Shown one piece after another: positions 47,860-60,010 of a stretch of 64,000 nucleotides of DNA. How positions within the stretch are numbered: the stretch's first letter is position 1; each line of letters starts with the position of its first letter. The translations under genes and the position numbers were made by a program. A model generated the notes under the pieces. That model was not told the origin of the DNA. It saw only the letters and a list, made by a program, of their open reading frames with translations, and ran no database searches. The DNA is from Macrostomum hystrix (taxonomy: Eukaryota > Animalia > Platyhelminthes), in the NCBI GenBank assembly GCA_950097015.1, contig CATNEN010000038.1, forward strand, positions 9,920,001 to 9,984,000, read 5' to 3'.

Positions 47860-48120
47860 GCAGTGGCATCAGCTTGGTTAATCTGCCGAGCAGGTTTTGG
47901 CCATGCAATTGTAAAACCTCTTAGTAATCTCCGGCACCTAGTCGTGGCCATCCGTGCAGTGCGTTCGGCCGAACAGGAACGTCGGGTTGTCCACGAGCAC
48001 AAAATCCATGACTTGATGAAACACGGCTCTCTGGTTCGTGGCTGACAGAAACCTGTCCTTCAATCTTGGTGTGCTCTTAATATCGACGAAGGCACGCCAG
48101 CATAGTATGCCAATCTGGAG
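47860..48120 (-). pseudogene. probable P-element-like transposase C-terminal relic
   Basis: Manual translation QIGILCWRAFVDIKSTPRLKDRFLSATNQRAVFHQVMDF..HCTDGHD*VPEITKRFYNCMAK with stop and frameshift; recognition from memory, not a search. Confidence 0.45.
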
Positions 48121-50254
48121 TCTGGAGCCTATCCGTATCCGAAGTGAGTTTCCATTCCAGATACTTGTATTCAGAGTTCCTTGCCTGAGTCACCCTTTTC
48201 GGTACCGTACCCCACGTCATGAATAATCTAGAATTCTATGGTCTGACTCTCTCCCCACCGCCCATGTACTCGCGACCGAAGGGCCCAAGCCCCAGACTGG
48301 CTTGGGGGAAGGCTGTGGGCACAGAAATACAACGTGCACTTCCCCCAAAGTTGAGAACAAAGTATGTAGAAGCACCGCCAACAATAGAGCTCTTGCGTCC
48401 GCTAAAGAGAGCAGTCTAAGTTATTTGTGCACGGACGGAGCAGATTTGGCGTCGCAACCAGGATACAGTTAGAATGCCTGGATCCGACTTCCAGGAGCTA
48501 CGCCAAGCCGAAGCGGCAGCAAGTCACTCAACCGAGGCAAACCATTTCGACGGCGCGCGGTGCCAGTGCAGTGGCCAAAGTTCACCTGCCCTGAACGTTG
48601 AGGAATCACCGACCCCACTACAGAGATGGGCTATAGTTCCGTACGGTTCCATAGGAGGCTCTCTCTGTTGCGGGCCGAGGTCGACGGGTTCCTCCGAATA
48701 TGTCTACTTGTTGGAATATCCAGTTGATTGCCCGACGTCCCAGCAGGAATCTGAATCCGACTGGACGTCGAAAAGTGAAAATTCTGACTGTGTGATTTTA
48801 GTGTACCACCGTAATCATTGCTTGTAAAAGCTTGTAAAAGCATGAACAATTGAAACAAATATTTGAGTGCATTAAGAAAATGTAATGCGTGAAGAAAAAT
48901 AGTTAATTTGGCAGCAATTTAAGTTTGAAGTATACTTATATCACTACTGCGACGGTGTATAAACCTTGAGTGGTTTAATTACTTATTTATTTTATATTAA
49001 TTCGCAACATTACAAGTTGCTGAGAATAATATTTTTTATATACTAAGCATGTTTACTAATTATTGTTATATTGTATCATTCTAAGAACTATCAGTTCTTT
49101 TTAAAAAACCAACGTTTGTGTGTTTTAACCGGTGCCATGTTGCGAGCGTGTGAGCGTCAAGATTACGTTGGAGATATATATTTATACTTATTTTATTTAT
49201 ATAAAATAAAATTAGACGATATTACCACAACACTAATCTTAGTCATTACATTTATTCGTCACACTACGTCTCTAACAGAAGCAATTCTTGGCTACCGCAG
49301 TTGTTTCTCACGCCTCTGTCATATATAATTTGCCAATATCTCTGTCACTTCTCTATCTTCTTGAACCATAGGCCCTAAAGTAGAGGACCTTGGCTGACGG
49401 ACTATAAGTTTAAATAAATAAGTTTAAAGTTTATCGTGCCTTATAGTTATAGCCTTACTCTGTTGGAATTTTCAGCTGTCAATTTTCCGAAAAGACCTAC
49501 CTACCTAAATATTTATCGTCTAGTCTAGGTACATTACAAAATGTTTTCTTTTCTACCTCTGCCTGGCACTTGGGGCAGATTCTGCATTCATATTCAGATG
49601 AACATATTGTTTATACCTTCTTTGGGCTATGGCCATTACTCAAAGGGCAATATTTATTTATATACTAGTCTCCTACAATTAGGCCTAAAGGCATTTATAC
49701 AGCCTCGCTAAAGCTGCTGCCAATAAAGTATGTTATAATTACTAATAATAGTCATAGATAGGCCTTAACTGTGCAGGATTCTAACATTTCAACTCAATGT
49801 TTATATCTACAATTATGAAGGCTTAATTACTGTTTTTACAGGTCTTAACTTATTTAAAAGTATAAATAATAGTTTTCTTTGTAGTTTTAAATGATATAAA
49901 CTAATATAGACTATAGGGCCTAAACTAATATAAACTAAGCAAAGATTAGTTTTGAAAAATATTTATTTCTGGATAGGCCTATCAGCAGTCCCACTAGTGT
50001 TTTACTAGTCTCACAAGCATTAGTCTATAATGGAATCTAAGAATTAGTTTTAAGTATCAGTCTGTGATTATAAGTATTTTTGCTAGTATTAGTCTTAGTA
50101 ATTTATTTATATATATGAGTGTTATGCACTACTTTTCTTATCTAATAATAAAGTATTTGAAAAACAAACAGGTTGTAAATCACACTTATTTCTTTCTGTC
50201 TATATGAACTTTATACAATAAAGAGCCACACAAATAAAGCCTCATAATAAAGGT

Positions 50255-50850
50255 GGCAGTGCTTATCCCCACGGTACCGTAGAAATAATTTTTGTCTTAT
50301 TCCTACGGTACCGTGGGAATAATTTCCTGCTTATCCGCACGGCACACTGACGAGATAGCTGTCCTATCTTCAACATATTCCGTGGGAATAATTTCCTGCT
50401 TATCCGCACGGCACACTGACGAGATAGCTGTCCTATCATCTATCTTTTTATCATGACTGCAATTTTCCTTTTTTCTTCCGGTTTTTAAAAGCAAGTAAAC
50501 AAATTAAAGTTTTCTGCTTTTTTCGCAAGTAGTTACCCAATACGGTGGCTTTTTAAAGTATATAAAATATATATTTCTATTATTTATATATTCAAAAGAA
50601 TACAACTGAAGTGTGTATTTTTCTAATCTTATAGCTCAAGCCTTCTAAGTCTATAATCCAGTCTATTACTTTATTCTAGGCCAAGTTAAAATAGGTCCAT
50701 AAAAAATGTCTGACAGTGCCAACGGAATATGTTGAAGATAGGACAGCTATCTCGTCAGTGTGCCGTGCGGATAAGCAGGAAATTATTCCCACGGTACCGT
50801 AGGAATAAGACAAAAATTATTTCCACGGTACCGTAGGGATAAGCACTGCC
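50255..50850. mobile_element. MULE/Mutator-type MITE (596 bp)
   Basis: About 130-bp TIRs starting GGCAGTGCTTATCCC; perfect 9-bp TSD AATAAAGGT at 50246-50254 and 50851-50859. Confidence 0.85.
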
Positions 50851-51117
50851 AATAAAGGTTGTTATGACACCAATAAACTCTCATATATTTGATACATTTA
50901 TTTTTTAGCATACAATTAATATTACAATGCACAAAAAATATTTGGTATAAGATGAGTTTTTTACAATATCTTTTTATTTTTGCATGTAAAATATGCAATA
51001 ATTTTAATTAGTTCACTTCATTTTTTGCACAGTCTAAATATGTATACTTTCAAAGTGCAGTCAATAATTATATTAGTTTTTTTCTTCTAGGTGTGTCTAG
51101 CAGCTTGATTGACAGAA

Positions 51118-51921
51118 ATGTCTGCATCAGCCACTGATAACTCAACTGACCAGCCTGAAAGATGCCTGCCGCCTGCCGCAGCCAGTGCTGCTGCTGCCAA
51201 CAGGCGTGGAGCTCCGAGATCGCGCGGCCGAGGCGGTGGCAGTGTTGGCAGAGGTCGCGGTCCTGTCGCTGCGGCGGCGGCCTCCCTGACAGACAGCTTC
51301 GGCGCCACGTCAAATTTCACTCGAGGCGCCGTTGCCGCAGCCGTCGATGCGACCGCCTATGGCGCCATCAACTCCGGGAAGTCGCGTCGAACTCGCGCCG
51401 TCAAGCAGACGCATCATCAGCCGGCTCAGCCGGACTTCCACCGACGCCAGCGCCATCAAGTCAGGCCGCCGACGAAGGCGCCACCGTCTGGCGTCGCTCG
51501 CGACGGCCGCCACCGGTCCTGGCTGTTTCACGCCAATTCTTACTACCAGCTTGGCGACGTGGTGGCCGTGGCTGAGGGCTCTCGAGTGTATTACGGTCAG
51601 ATTCGGGCTCTATTCCTTGACAGCGAACTGTCAGCCAGTTGCCAGCTGGTCTGGCTGGTGCCGATCGACCCTCAGATTGACACGAGCGATAAGCAGTACT
51701 CAATTGCCATTGGAGAGTCTTCATTCGAACCATCAGCCTACACCCTGGGACCGGTGGACGAGGCTCTTTACCGTCCGCTCGACGGCGTGAAGTTTGTCTG
51801 CCACTGCCCGGCCGACTACTTTAGCGATTCTGCGGGGCATTGCAAGCCTGACTCAGCTGGCGGTAAGGGATACGTTTGGACCACACTGGAAACAGAGATT
51901 GCCGCTACCGCCCGGTCGTAA
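51118..51921 (+). CDS. GATAD1: GATA zinc finger domain-containing protein 1 homolog (no GATA finger in this exon)
   Basis: PTKAP, YYQLGDVV..VYYGQIRALFLD..LVWLVP, FEPSAYTLGP, FVCHCPADYF match the GATAD1 C-terminal domain. Confidence 0.85.
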   Translation: MSASATDNSTDQPERCLPPAAASAAAANRRGAPRSRGRGGGSVGRGRGPVAAAAASLTDSFGATSNFTRGAVAAAVDATAYGAINSGKSRRTRAVKQTHHQPAQPDFHRRQRHQVRPPTKAPPSGVARDGRHRSWLFHANSYYQLGDVVAVAEGSRVYYGQIRALFLDSELSASCQLVWLVPIDPQIDTSDKQYSIAIGESSFEPSAYTLGPVDEALYRPLDGVKFVCHCPADYFSDSAGHCKPDSAGGKGYVWTTLETEIAATARS

Positions 51922-52169
51922 GCATTTCCTGATCTCTTTATTTATAAGTTTTGTAAATAAGCTTACAAAACATCTGGCATTTATGTTGTGACTCCACTAT
52001 TTGTAATTTAGCATGCAGTACTACTAACAGTAGTTCGAATAAGTTGTTAGTTATTTATGATTGTATTATTTCGCTTAAAATATAATCTTTGCTTGTGCTT
52101 TTACTTTGACTTAGAATAATGATAAATTAAATACATATGTTAATATTTTTGAAGTGTTTAAATTTATTT

Positions 52170-53019
52170 TGTAGTTAGAACGTCACCCGGATGTTATTGT
52201 AGCAGACCTCTCAGCTCTCTCTCTATTTGTTGGATTTGGGATTGGTGAGCTGAGTATTTGGGGGGAATGGTAGCGTAAGTTATGGGGGTGAGAATAGGTA
52301 TTTTCCACGCTGTTCGTGTTATACCTAAGGTAGCGCTAATGCCCGAGCGGCAAGACACTAGCTACTAACAATGGGAGAGGAATCGACTGTTGCTGGCACG
52401 AGGGCTTAGGTCACTGATCTGGGGCACACAGTCCGTGGGGCGTATCAGGATGGATCGAAGTTGCCTGGTGAACGTCCTTCGCGCTCTCAATTACTTTCCT
52501 CTATGGGGTCCGGAATTAGTACAGTTTCATTAAAGGGATAAAGGCGGAGTTTAGGGACTTCAAGGGGGTATTTAGGTAACTTTAGGTGGTCTTCAGATAG
52601 ACTTCAGGTGGACTTTTAGATGGGATTTTAGGACGGTATATTGAGATTTCAAAGGGATCATATAATAGGGTGGTTTTTGGTAAAGAAGGCCGACGAGAGA
52701 TCTCTGGGAGAGGATTGGGAAGGCAAAGGTATCTTAACTGTTTTCCTCTTATTAGGAAAATAACTAAGGAACTCGGTCTATTTAATAGCGAAACAGGGAA
52801 AGAGTTAGGAAGTGTAATCGCTTATATTTCGTAGAGCAAAACGTCGAAAACGTATAGCAGGTCATACAGGGGTAACAGGGTCAACAGGGTAAACAGAGTT
52901 AACCAGTGTTAACGGTATGGTTGGGGATCGAGGGTGAAGATCGCCTTATATTTTTCTCTGTATATATATACCAAAATTGGGGTGGGTGCATGTTCCGCTT
53001 GAGTGCGCATACGACTACA
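52170..53019. mobile_element. possible solo LTR
   Basis: 850-bp compositionally distinct block bounded by TGTAGT...ACTACA; no TSD seen. Confidence 0.35.
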
Positions 53020-53386
53020 ACGAACAAAGAGCACCGCGTGAGGTTACGACAAATAGCTAGCGCGTGAGAAAAAGTGGCGGGAATTCAAAATGAAAAAGTG
53101 TCCTAATTATTCACTGCCTCATTATGTTAACCTCTGCGTACTTATTTAGCGTGTACATAATTGTACATCAAGCGAGATAGCTTCATATAAACTAGCTGAC
53201 AGGAATTTCAATCTAAATTTAGACTGAATTGTTCATACCGGAGGTTATAATTATAAGTAGTCTAATAAATGACAATTGTACTTTTCCGACGACGGTGCAA
53301 TGAGTTACAATGTACAGCTAAATTGTTTGGTACTGTGCGTATTCGAAACTGTGCTGTCCGTGTCTTTATTCATGCAACTTATTGAA

Positions 53387-54661
53387 TCAAAGCGTTGTCT
53401 GCAGCCGACCAGCAGTTATTGGCGAATCCGGCGGAGACCACGAGGATGATTGTGGCGGCGGGGGCAGCGGTGGCGTCTGCCAGTTATAGGCGAATTCGTC
53501 TAATCGTGTAGGGAGGCCAAGACCGGGGCCTTCCTCGGAGCGGCGATGAAAGAACACAGCTTGCGGCTGAGACATGGACAGACGCGAGCCTCCGATCAGC
53601 GGTCTCTGTCGCTTTCTGTGGAACCCGAGAGTCCTGTTGGGTGCTGCGTCTGTCACAGCAACAGCCGCAGTGTCCAATGCAGCTGGTGGCCTTATTCGGC
53701 AGAGGCAAGCCAGCAGTAGCGGATCAGCAGCTGAGCTAACACAAGCTAATATTGTCAGGGCTTTGTAGACTGCCGGCTGACTTCTGAAGTCTGCGTCGAC
53801 TAGGGTCAGTGCAAACAGCGGATACCAGAGCAGCACGAAAACTGCCGTGAGCGCCAGCAGTCCGTACATGCGGCGCAGGGCGTAGCGCTCGACTCGGTAG
53901 AGCAGGTCTGACTCGCCCCCTGCATCATCGCCAGCTAGACGGCGCACTGTTCTCCTCAGTTCGCTGTCACAGTGCTGTCCGCTCCCGACAATGTCAGCGT
54001 GCAGTCGTCTTAGGTACATGCCAGTCAGGACCAGAGCAGCGGTGACAACGAACACCCAGAGTGCGTGCAGCACATAGTTCCGCATCTCGCCGTAGCGGAA
54101 CGTGCAGTGGCCTATCTGTTCCATGTAGCTGGGGTTGCCGGGCAGAAGGGCCACGCCCAGGTTGAGAATGAAGCTGGCAAACCAGACGGTACCTATGCCA
54201 AACAGGACGCAGCAGCAGTTTCCGCTATCGCGGCGGCCAGAAGCTAGATCGGCGAAGGCGTACGACTCGCTCATCACCATGGCTAGCAGGTTAAACGCCG
54301 CACTGGTAGCGCAGACAATGAAGGAGCCGCCGAGGAGGTTGCAGAAAGGCGGCTCCCTATTCGCCATGATGCTGTTGGCGAACACGATGCAGTAAGCCGA
54401 CTTCAGCAGGTCCAGCAGGCACTGGTGCAGCTGGAAGGCGTTGCTAGTTCTGCGTAGACGGCGCGCTAGCAGGATTGCTGCCACCACTGCTGTGTTACCC
54501 ACAATGCCCAATAGGCCAGTGGCCACTAGCAAGCTGCACTGGGCGTACCTCCATGCCTGATTTGAGTCCTGGTCGCTCTCATGGCTGTGACGATCCTCGC
54601 CAAATGTGACTGCACGTTGATCGTTTGTTTGGTGCCACGGCGGGGGCGATAGAGTGCTCAT
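53387..54661 (-). CDS. orphan rhodopsin-class GPCR (424 aa, intronless CDS)
   Basis: Seven hydrophobic segments, GIVGN, TM3 Cys, ECL2 HCTF, LLWYP; ESY replaces DRY and DPLLL replaces NPxxY; 5'UTR intron 54680-54791 (GTAAGT..TTCCAG). Confidence 0.85.
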   Translation of the reverse strand: MSTLSPPPWHQTNDQRAVTFGEDRHSHESDQDSNQAWRYAQCSLLVATGLLGIVGNTAVVAAILLARRLRRTSNAFQLHQCLLDLLKSAYCIVFANSIMANREPPFCNLLGGSFIVCATSAAFNLLAMVMSESYAFADLASGRRDSGNCCCVLFGIGTVWFASFILNLGVALLPGNPSYMEQIGHCTFRYGEMRNYVLHALWVFVVTAALVLTGMYLRRLHADIVGSGQHCDSELRRTVRRLAGDDAGGESDLLYRVERYALRRMYGLLALTAVFVLLWYPLFALTLVDADFRSQPAVYKALTILACVSSAADPLLLACLCRIRPPAALDTAAVAVTDAAPNRTLGFHRKRQRPLIGGSRLSMSQPQAVFFHRRSEEGPGLGLPTRLDEFAYNWQTPPLPPPPQSSSWSPPDSPITAGRLQTTL

Positions 54662-55579
54662 ACTTGCTTGTCGGTTGGTCTGGAAGATAAATAAATCCGG
54701 GCAGCAAATGTTGAGCAGTGCTCTACTTCCTTCCTCTGCTTATCTGGTTTCTCGCTGTTGAGTTAGTCCTGAAGCGAGCAGATAGACTTACGTCTGGGGC
54801 CCACTCAGCCTAATTGCCTGTATTGATGCTTCTTTCTTTGTCTCTTCTCGTGTCGAAAATCCTTCAAGACTCTTGACGTTTGTCTGCCGTCCTCAAAGTG
54901 AATCGTCTCACAAGTGTACTTTTATTCTAGTTAGCTCGTACTTTTTAGTGTTTTCGTGTTTTAGATCTTTAGACTAACAGAGAAAGCTAAAAATACCAAT
55001 TCTATCAACAGTCATGCACAATGCACTCACCTGCTCGTTTTTTTTCAACTTGCTTGTATTGCCTAGCACTCCAGTGCGAGCTAAGTGGGAATCTCACCTT
55101 AGAGAGGTATAAATATCAGTGCCACAGGACAACGAATCGACATTTTTCCGGCTCTGCCCTGATTAGCCTCGCGTATCGACCGTTTATTACATTCGAATCT
55201 TATAAGATCCGCAGTTCCTAATCCTAATTCCTCATAATTCCTGGCAGGATTTCAGTCGATAATTTTCAAATTGGAATCTGGGATTTTATTGATTGATCGC
55301 TGCACGCGCCTCGGGGACAACCGCCATCACGCTGGAATTCAGATTGGCTAGAAAAAAGCAAAAACCTAACTATACTCTCGTACTTTGCAAAGCAAATAAA
55401 TTTCCCGTTTACCATTATGCTATCATCAAACAAAACAAACACCTTATTCTCGCATTTTTAATTCAAACGGAGAGTATACGAAAGCTACGAGCTCGTACTA
55501 TTGTCTCACCATTTGGAAATTATTGCTACGAGTGTATTTTGACTGATTAACATTTTTAATTAGCATAATTAATTAATTA

Positions 55580-55765
55580 AGGGGGTTAAGTAGCCTAGTG
55601 GTTAGATTCAGTTCAGCCAGTTGTTAAATGGGTACCAGCATCAGCTGGGGTTATTAAGGTGGGGGTGTGGCGTCCCGCCAGTCCATGGACTGAACAGCAG
55701 TACACAACCTTCAGATAGGGCTGCGCATCTGGCCCGACTGTGGCAGTTCTAATCAATTATAAATC
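55580..55765 (+). mobile_element. SINE family A, internally deleted
   Basis: GTAGCCTAGTGGTTAGA joined to core TTAAATGGGTACCAGC and CCAGTCCATGGACTGAAC. Confidence 0.75.
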
Positions 55766-55999
55766 AATTATTAGCATCATAAAGTTAAGATTTATTATAC
55801 TGAAGCTAATTAACGTGTCTATTAGAAGCGAATATGGAATTTATATTGTTCATTGTTCGCAATCGACTGAAAATAAAATTTCAATTGTGCGATTCAGTCT
55901 TTACATTTTTTGCTACCGATCGCAAATTGCTAGTCCAGCTGCCAGTGCGCTAGAGCTCGACGCCATCACCTTCTGGACTCAGTATTACGTCCTGAAAGA

Positions 56000-56740
56000 A
56001 AATGGGATGTTGCAGTAATTGCGCATACGCCAAGTGCCTGAGCTCCAATTGACGGCGAGGACCTACCCTCGTATTCATTTGGGGCGCAGCAACGCAGAGA
56101 AGGGGGGGTGGCTTGTCGTCCAATTTACGGTATTCAGGGGCAAATCCCCAAGGCGAAGTGAGGAAAGTCTCAGAACGTACACCTCGGTGTTTTTTGTGTG
56201 CCTCCTTAGTGTATCCTTAGGGGCGGATAGCTCAGTCAGTAAGGTGTCGGACTCTGGATCAGATGGTCCTGGGTTCGACTCCCGACCTAGTCTAGAACTA
56301 TTCGTGCAGCCTTTGGCAAGCTGCTTTGCCCTGATGTGCACACAGTCTACTCAGCTGCAAATGAGTACCGACATTTCGTCGGGTAATAATAATTCCGGCT
56401 GGCGTGGAATAAAGCAGTTCTGTGCGGCAATTCTGTGGGGTTTGGATGCTGCCGATATGTTTGGAAAAATAAATTCCATTGCTGACACGCGACTGTCAAC
56501 CGGTGTCCGAGAGAGCCGAGGAGTACAATAGATGTGCAGTCCCCACCTGCTAGTGTGCTTGACACACAACACCTGCACTGGCCCTTGGGTCTAGTGTCAA
56601 TTATTATTATATTAGTGTATCCATGTGCGTGAGTATATGCAAAGTGGTCAGCAGATATGGGCAGAATTGCCTCTTCGCTGGCTGTGTCTCGACTGTATCA
56701 TCAAAATGATGTGTAATGGATGGCCCACAGCCCCTACAAA
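56000..56740 (+). mobile_element. old SINE family C copy interrupted by SINE B
   Basis: Family C motifs on both sides (GGCTTGTCG..CAAGG; GGGCAGAATTGCCTC..AAATGATGTG). Confidence 0.65.
56221..56611 (+). mobile_element. SINE family B, young copy
   Basis: Near-identical to other B copies; TSD TTAGTGTATCC at 56206-56216 and 56612-56622. Confidence 0.92.
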
Positions 56741-57148
56741 ACTTAGTAGAACTATATCAACTCGCATGTATATATGTATTTTGTCAACACTATAAGACTA
56801 TAGGATCTATAGGTCCTATAGGATTGTCAGAAAATCTCGGAAAAGCTCATTGAATTACCTCATCCTGCTGCGCTCTGTGGCAACACAAAAGTCTTATCTC
56901 GAACTTGCGCTGAAATTTTGTTGCGGGGGGCCTTGTGAAGGGCAAGATTTTGTACAGATATTTGTACGAATATTGATTCGCAATAGAGGTTTTATCGATG
57001 GCTTAGAAAGTTGGTTCATCGTAAAGGGCGGAAAATGTTGATCCATATAGTGGACTTTCACAAAAATAGGTGATTCAGTTTGGGAGCTATCGTGAAGTAA
57101 GCAGTGGCCTTTCCCCATGGGAATAACAGTTAAGTGAATTCACAGCTT

Positions 57149-57279
57149 TCAAACCTTCAAGAGCACGACAGTTACAATTACTGCCAAAGTCAAAATCAGT
57201 GCTACAGTAACTGAGCTCAGCACTGCTTTCACTGGCGAGCGTTGGTCACTTGGGCCTGTCGATTCACGGGGAGTAGTAT
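57149..57279 (-). CDS. multi-CUB protein, last exon (C-terminal hydrophobic anchor)
   Basis: CATAG| phase 1; DTTPRESTGPSDQRSPVKAVLSSVTVALILTLAVIVTVVLLKV*. Confidence 0.7.
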
Positions 57280-57343
57280 CTATGCATTTTATATTTTAAT
57301 TAATGTAATATGTGACGATGCGAGTAAATGAAAAAGTCGATAC

Positions 57344-57421
57344 CTTTCCCTAGACCCAATACTGACAGAGACTGATTCCGTGAAGTTGTTATCGATTCAC
57401 CGGTTGATGGGCCTTCAGTGG
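57344..57421 (-). CDS. multi-CUB protein, Ser/Thr-rich stalk exon
   Basis: 78 bp, phase 1-1, TACAG|..|GTATCG; TEGPSTGESITTSRNQSLSVLGLGK. Confidence 0.65.
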
Positions 57422-57542
57422 CTGTAATTAAAGCGCATTGTGTGTAATAGTTTTGCCTTTAGTTTTAGTAGAGAAATAACAATAAAGAACGTATTAAATA
57501 TTAGAATAATTTCATTGCGTGAGGGCTGCTAACAGTAGATGG

Positions 57543-57672
57543 CACGACAAGCCCCCAAGCCTTCTCTCTGCAGCTGCACCTCAAATGAATGTGGCCTCGC
57601 CGCGGAATCGAGCTCAGCTAGGGAACTAATTGTTTCGAGAGGCAAACGCGTTAACCGCTCTGGTACTCACCC
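57543..57672 (-). mobile_element. SINE family C 5' fragment
   Basis: Head and first 130 bp match. Confidence 0.75.
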
Positions 57673-58120
57673 GAACAACAGTAGTTAACTTTAGCGAGCT
57701 TCTATCTAAGGTGTTAAAAACGTGCCAAATGACGTATCTGTCCGTATAGATCCCACGGAGCTCTAATGTTGGAGATTAGCAATTCTGTTTTGCATTTTTA
57801 AGCTGAAGCTTGTGTGTCTGCTTTGACGTAACTATACAGATTTTCTTGAAGGAAGTTTAAAGAAAAAATGTTTCTTTTGTTCGGACGTCAGCTAGAAAAG
57901 TTGTGATTCAGTGAACTGTCATAATTTTTGTTCCTTATTTTTTCGTCTATCCGGTATGTATTATTGATGTCTCCTACAAGTCAAGTGACATTCCGTTAAA
58001 ATGTGTCGATTTTAAAAAGAAGTAGGATCTAACTTTGCATCAACAAATTTTGGTCCTTGCTAAATATAGGATTCAATGCTATTTATAGTATTGAGTAGTA
58101 TTGTAAAATGATTTTCAATT

Positions 58121-58200
58121 CCTGAGTCTCGACCATAGACCCTGTGTCTCGACCATAGACCCTGTGTCTCGACCATAGACCCTGTGTCTCGACCATAGAC
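58121..58200. repeat. 20-bp unit x4 (CCTGTGTCTCGACCATAGAC)
   Basis: Direct reading. Confidence 0.9.
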
Positions 58201-58607
58201 TATGCATTAAAAGCGTGCATTAAACGTCCCGCGGTCCCTAATTGGCTAAAAGCATTTAATGCACATTTTATCATTTTTTGCAATCGTTTTAAAATTGTCA
58301 GTTATTTTCGGTTTTAAAGCTGCCTTTACGAAATGCCCACTGGTTAAAACAGGCAGACATAAAAAGCTTCAGCTTCGAGGGGTGTCCCAAAAGTTCACGG
58401 AATGTCCAACGTAGCTCTGCAACGGAGTCATGAAATTTCACGCCTATGGTGTCAAATGAAAGGAAATTTTGTCACAAAGAAAGCAAAGTTAAAATCATGT
58501 TCATATATTTTTCTATTCAGGAGATGCAGGAAGAAACGTGCGCAAAGGTCAGGGGTATGGGGAGTTTGGCTTTGGGGAGCTGTCTCCTCTCCTGGCACGA
58601 CACTTAC

Positions 58608-58976
58608 TGGTTCTTTCGTATTTAGCAACGGTTATGAATTTGAGCTTGAAGCCCAGAGCGGTGCCGCTGTTGCCTGTGGAGAACGTGACTGTCATTGAGT
58701 CGGTAGCTGAGCACATGTTGAATTGTCTGTACCCTAAGCCACCTCGCACAGTGCTCAGAATGACTGCCGAACCCTTAACTTCGTACTGCACAATGGCTGC
58801 GTCAGTTATCGAATGCAAACTGAGGTAGGAAAACTTGGCGCAAATTGTCCGCGATCTTGACTGAGCGAGAATCAACCATTCGCAACGCATGTTCTCAAGG
58901 TAGGGTCTGGAACCGACTGCTTCGTGGCTAGCGATCTCACCATTGTCACCACGCACAACGCTAAATCGTTGGCAAT
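58608..58976 (-). CDS. multi-CUB protein, CUB exon
   Basis: 369 bp phase 1-1; C..GEIASH..YLENMRCEWLI..MTVTFST..GFKLKF. Confidence 0.85.
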
Positions 58977-59239
58977 CTAAAATTGATTGAATTGACACTC
59001 AAATGACATAGTGCAAGATATCGATAAAAGATAAGAAAATTAAATGCCCTTTATTACTATGTTCATACTTCGATCAATCAACCTGTGGTGCAACACTGCT
59101 AAGCCACGACTATAGACTTCTCATCTTCTCTCGCCTCTGATTCACTGCTACGTTGCACTTTATACTGTAAATACTATGTTATATGTTGACTTTCGTTTTG
59201 TTCACTTACTCTACTTTTACTTTAGTTTAGCAACAATGT

Positions 59240-59998
59240 TATGCAGTTTAGCTAGAATCTGATTCAGTTTAGCTAGAATCTGATGCAGTTTAGCTAGAAT
59301 CTGATTCAGTTTAGCTAGAATCTGATTCAGTTTAGCTAGAATCTGATGCAGTTTAGCTAGAATCTGATTCAGTTTAGCTAGAATCTGATGCAGTTTAGCT
59401 AGAATTTGATGCAGTTTAGCTAGAATCTGATGCAGTTTAGCTAGAATCTGATGCAGTTTAGCTAGAATCTGATGCAGTTTAGCTAGAATCTGATGCAGTT
59501 TAGCTAGAATCTGATGCAGTTTAGCTAGAATCTGATGCAGTTTAGCTAGAATTTGATGCAGTTTAGCTAGAATCTGATTCAGTTTAGCTAGAATCTGATG
59601 CAGTTTAGCTAGAATCTGATTCAGTTTAGCTAGAATCTGATGCAGTTTAGCTAGAATCTGATTCAGTTTAGCTAGAATCTGATGCAGTTTAGCTAGAATC
59701 TGATGCAGTTTAGCTAGAATCTATTGCAGTTTAGCTAGAATCTGATGCAGTTTTGCTAGAATCTGATGCAGTTTAGCTAGAATCTGATGCAGTTTAGCTA
59801 GAATCTGATGCAGTTTAGCTATTATAGAATCTATTGCAGTTTAGCTAGAATCTGGTGCAGTTTAGCTAGAATCTGATGCACTTTAGCTAGAATCTGATTC
59901 AGTTTAGCTAGAATCTGATGCAGTTTAGCTAGAATCTGATGCAGTTTAGCTATTATAGAATCTATTGCAGTTTAGCTAGAATCTATTGCAGTTTAGCA
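59240..59998. repeat. 21-bp minisatellite (TGCAGTTTAGCTAGAATCTGA) in CUB intron
   Basis: Tandem periodicity. Confidence 0.95.
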
Positions 59999-60010
59999 AA
60001 TACGACTCAC

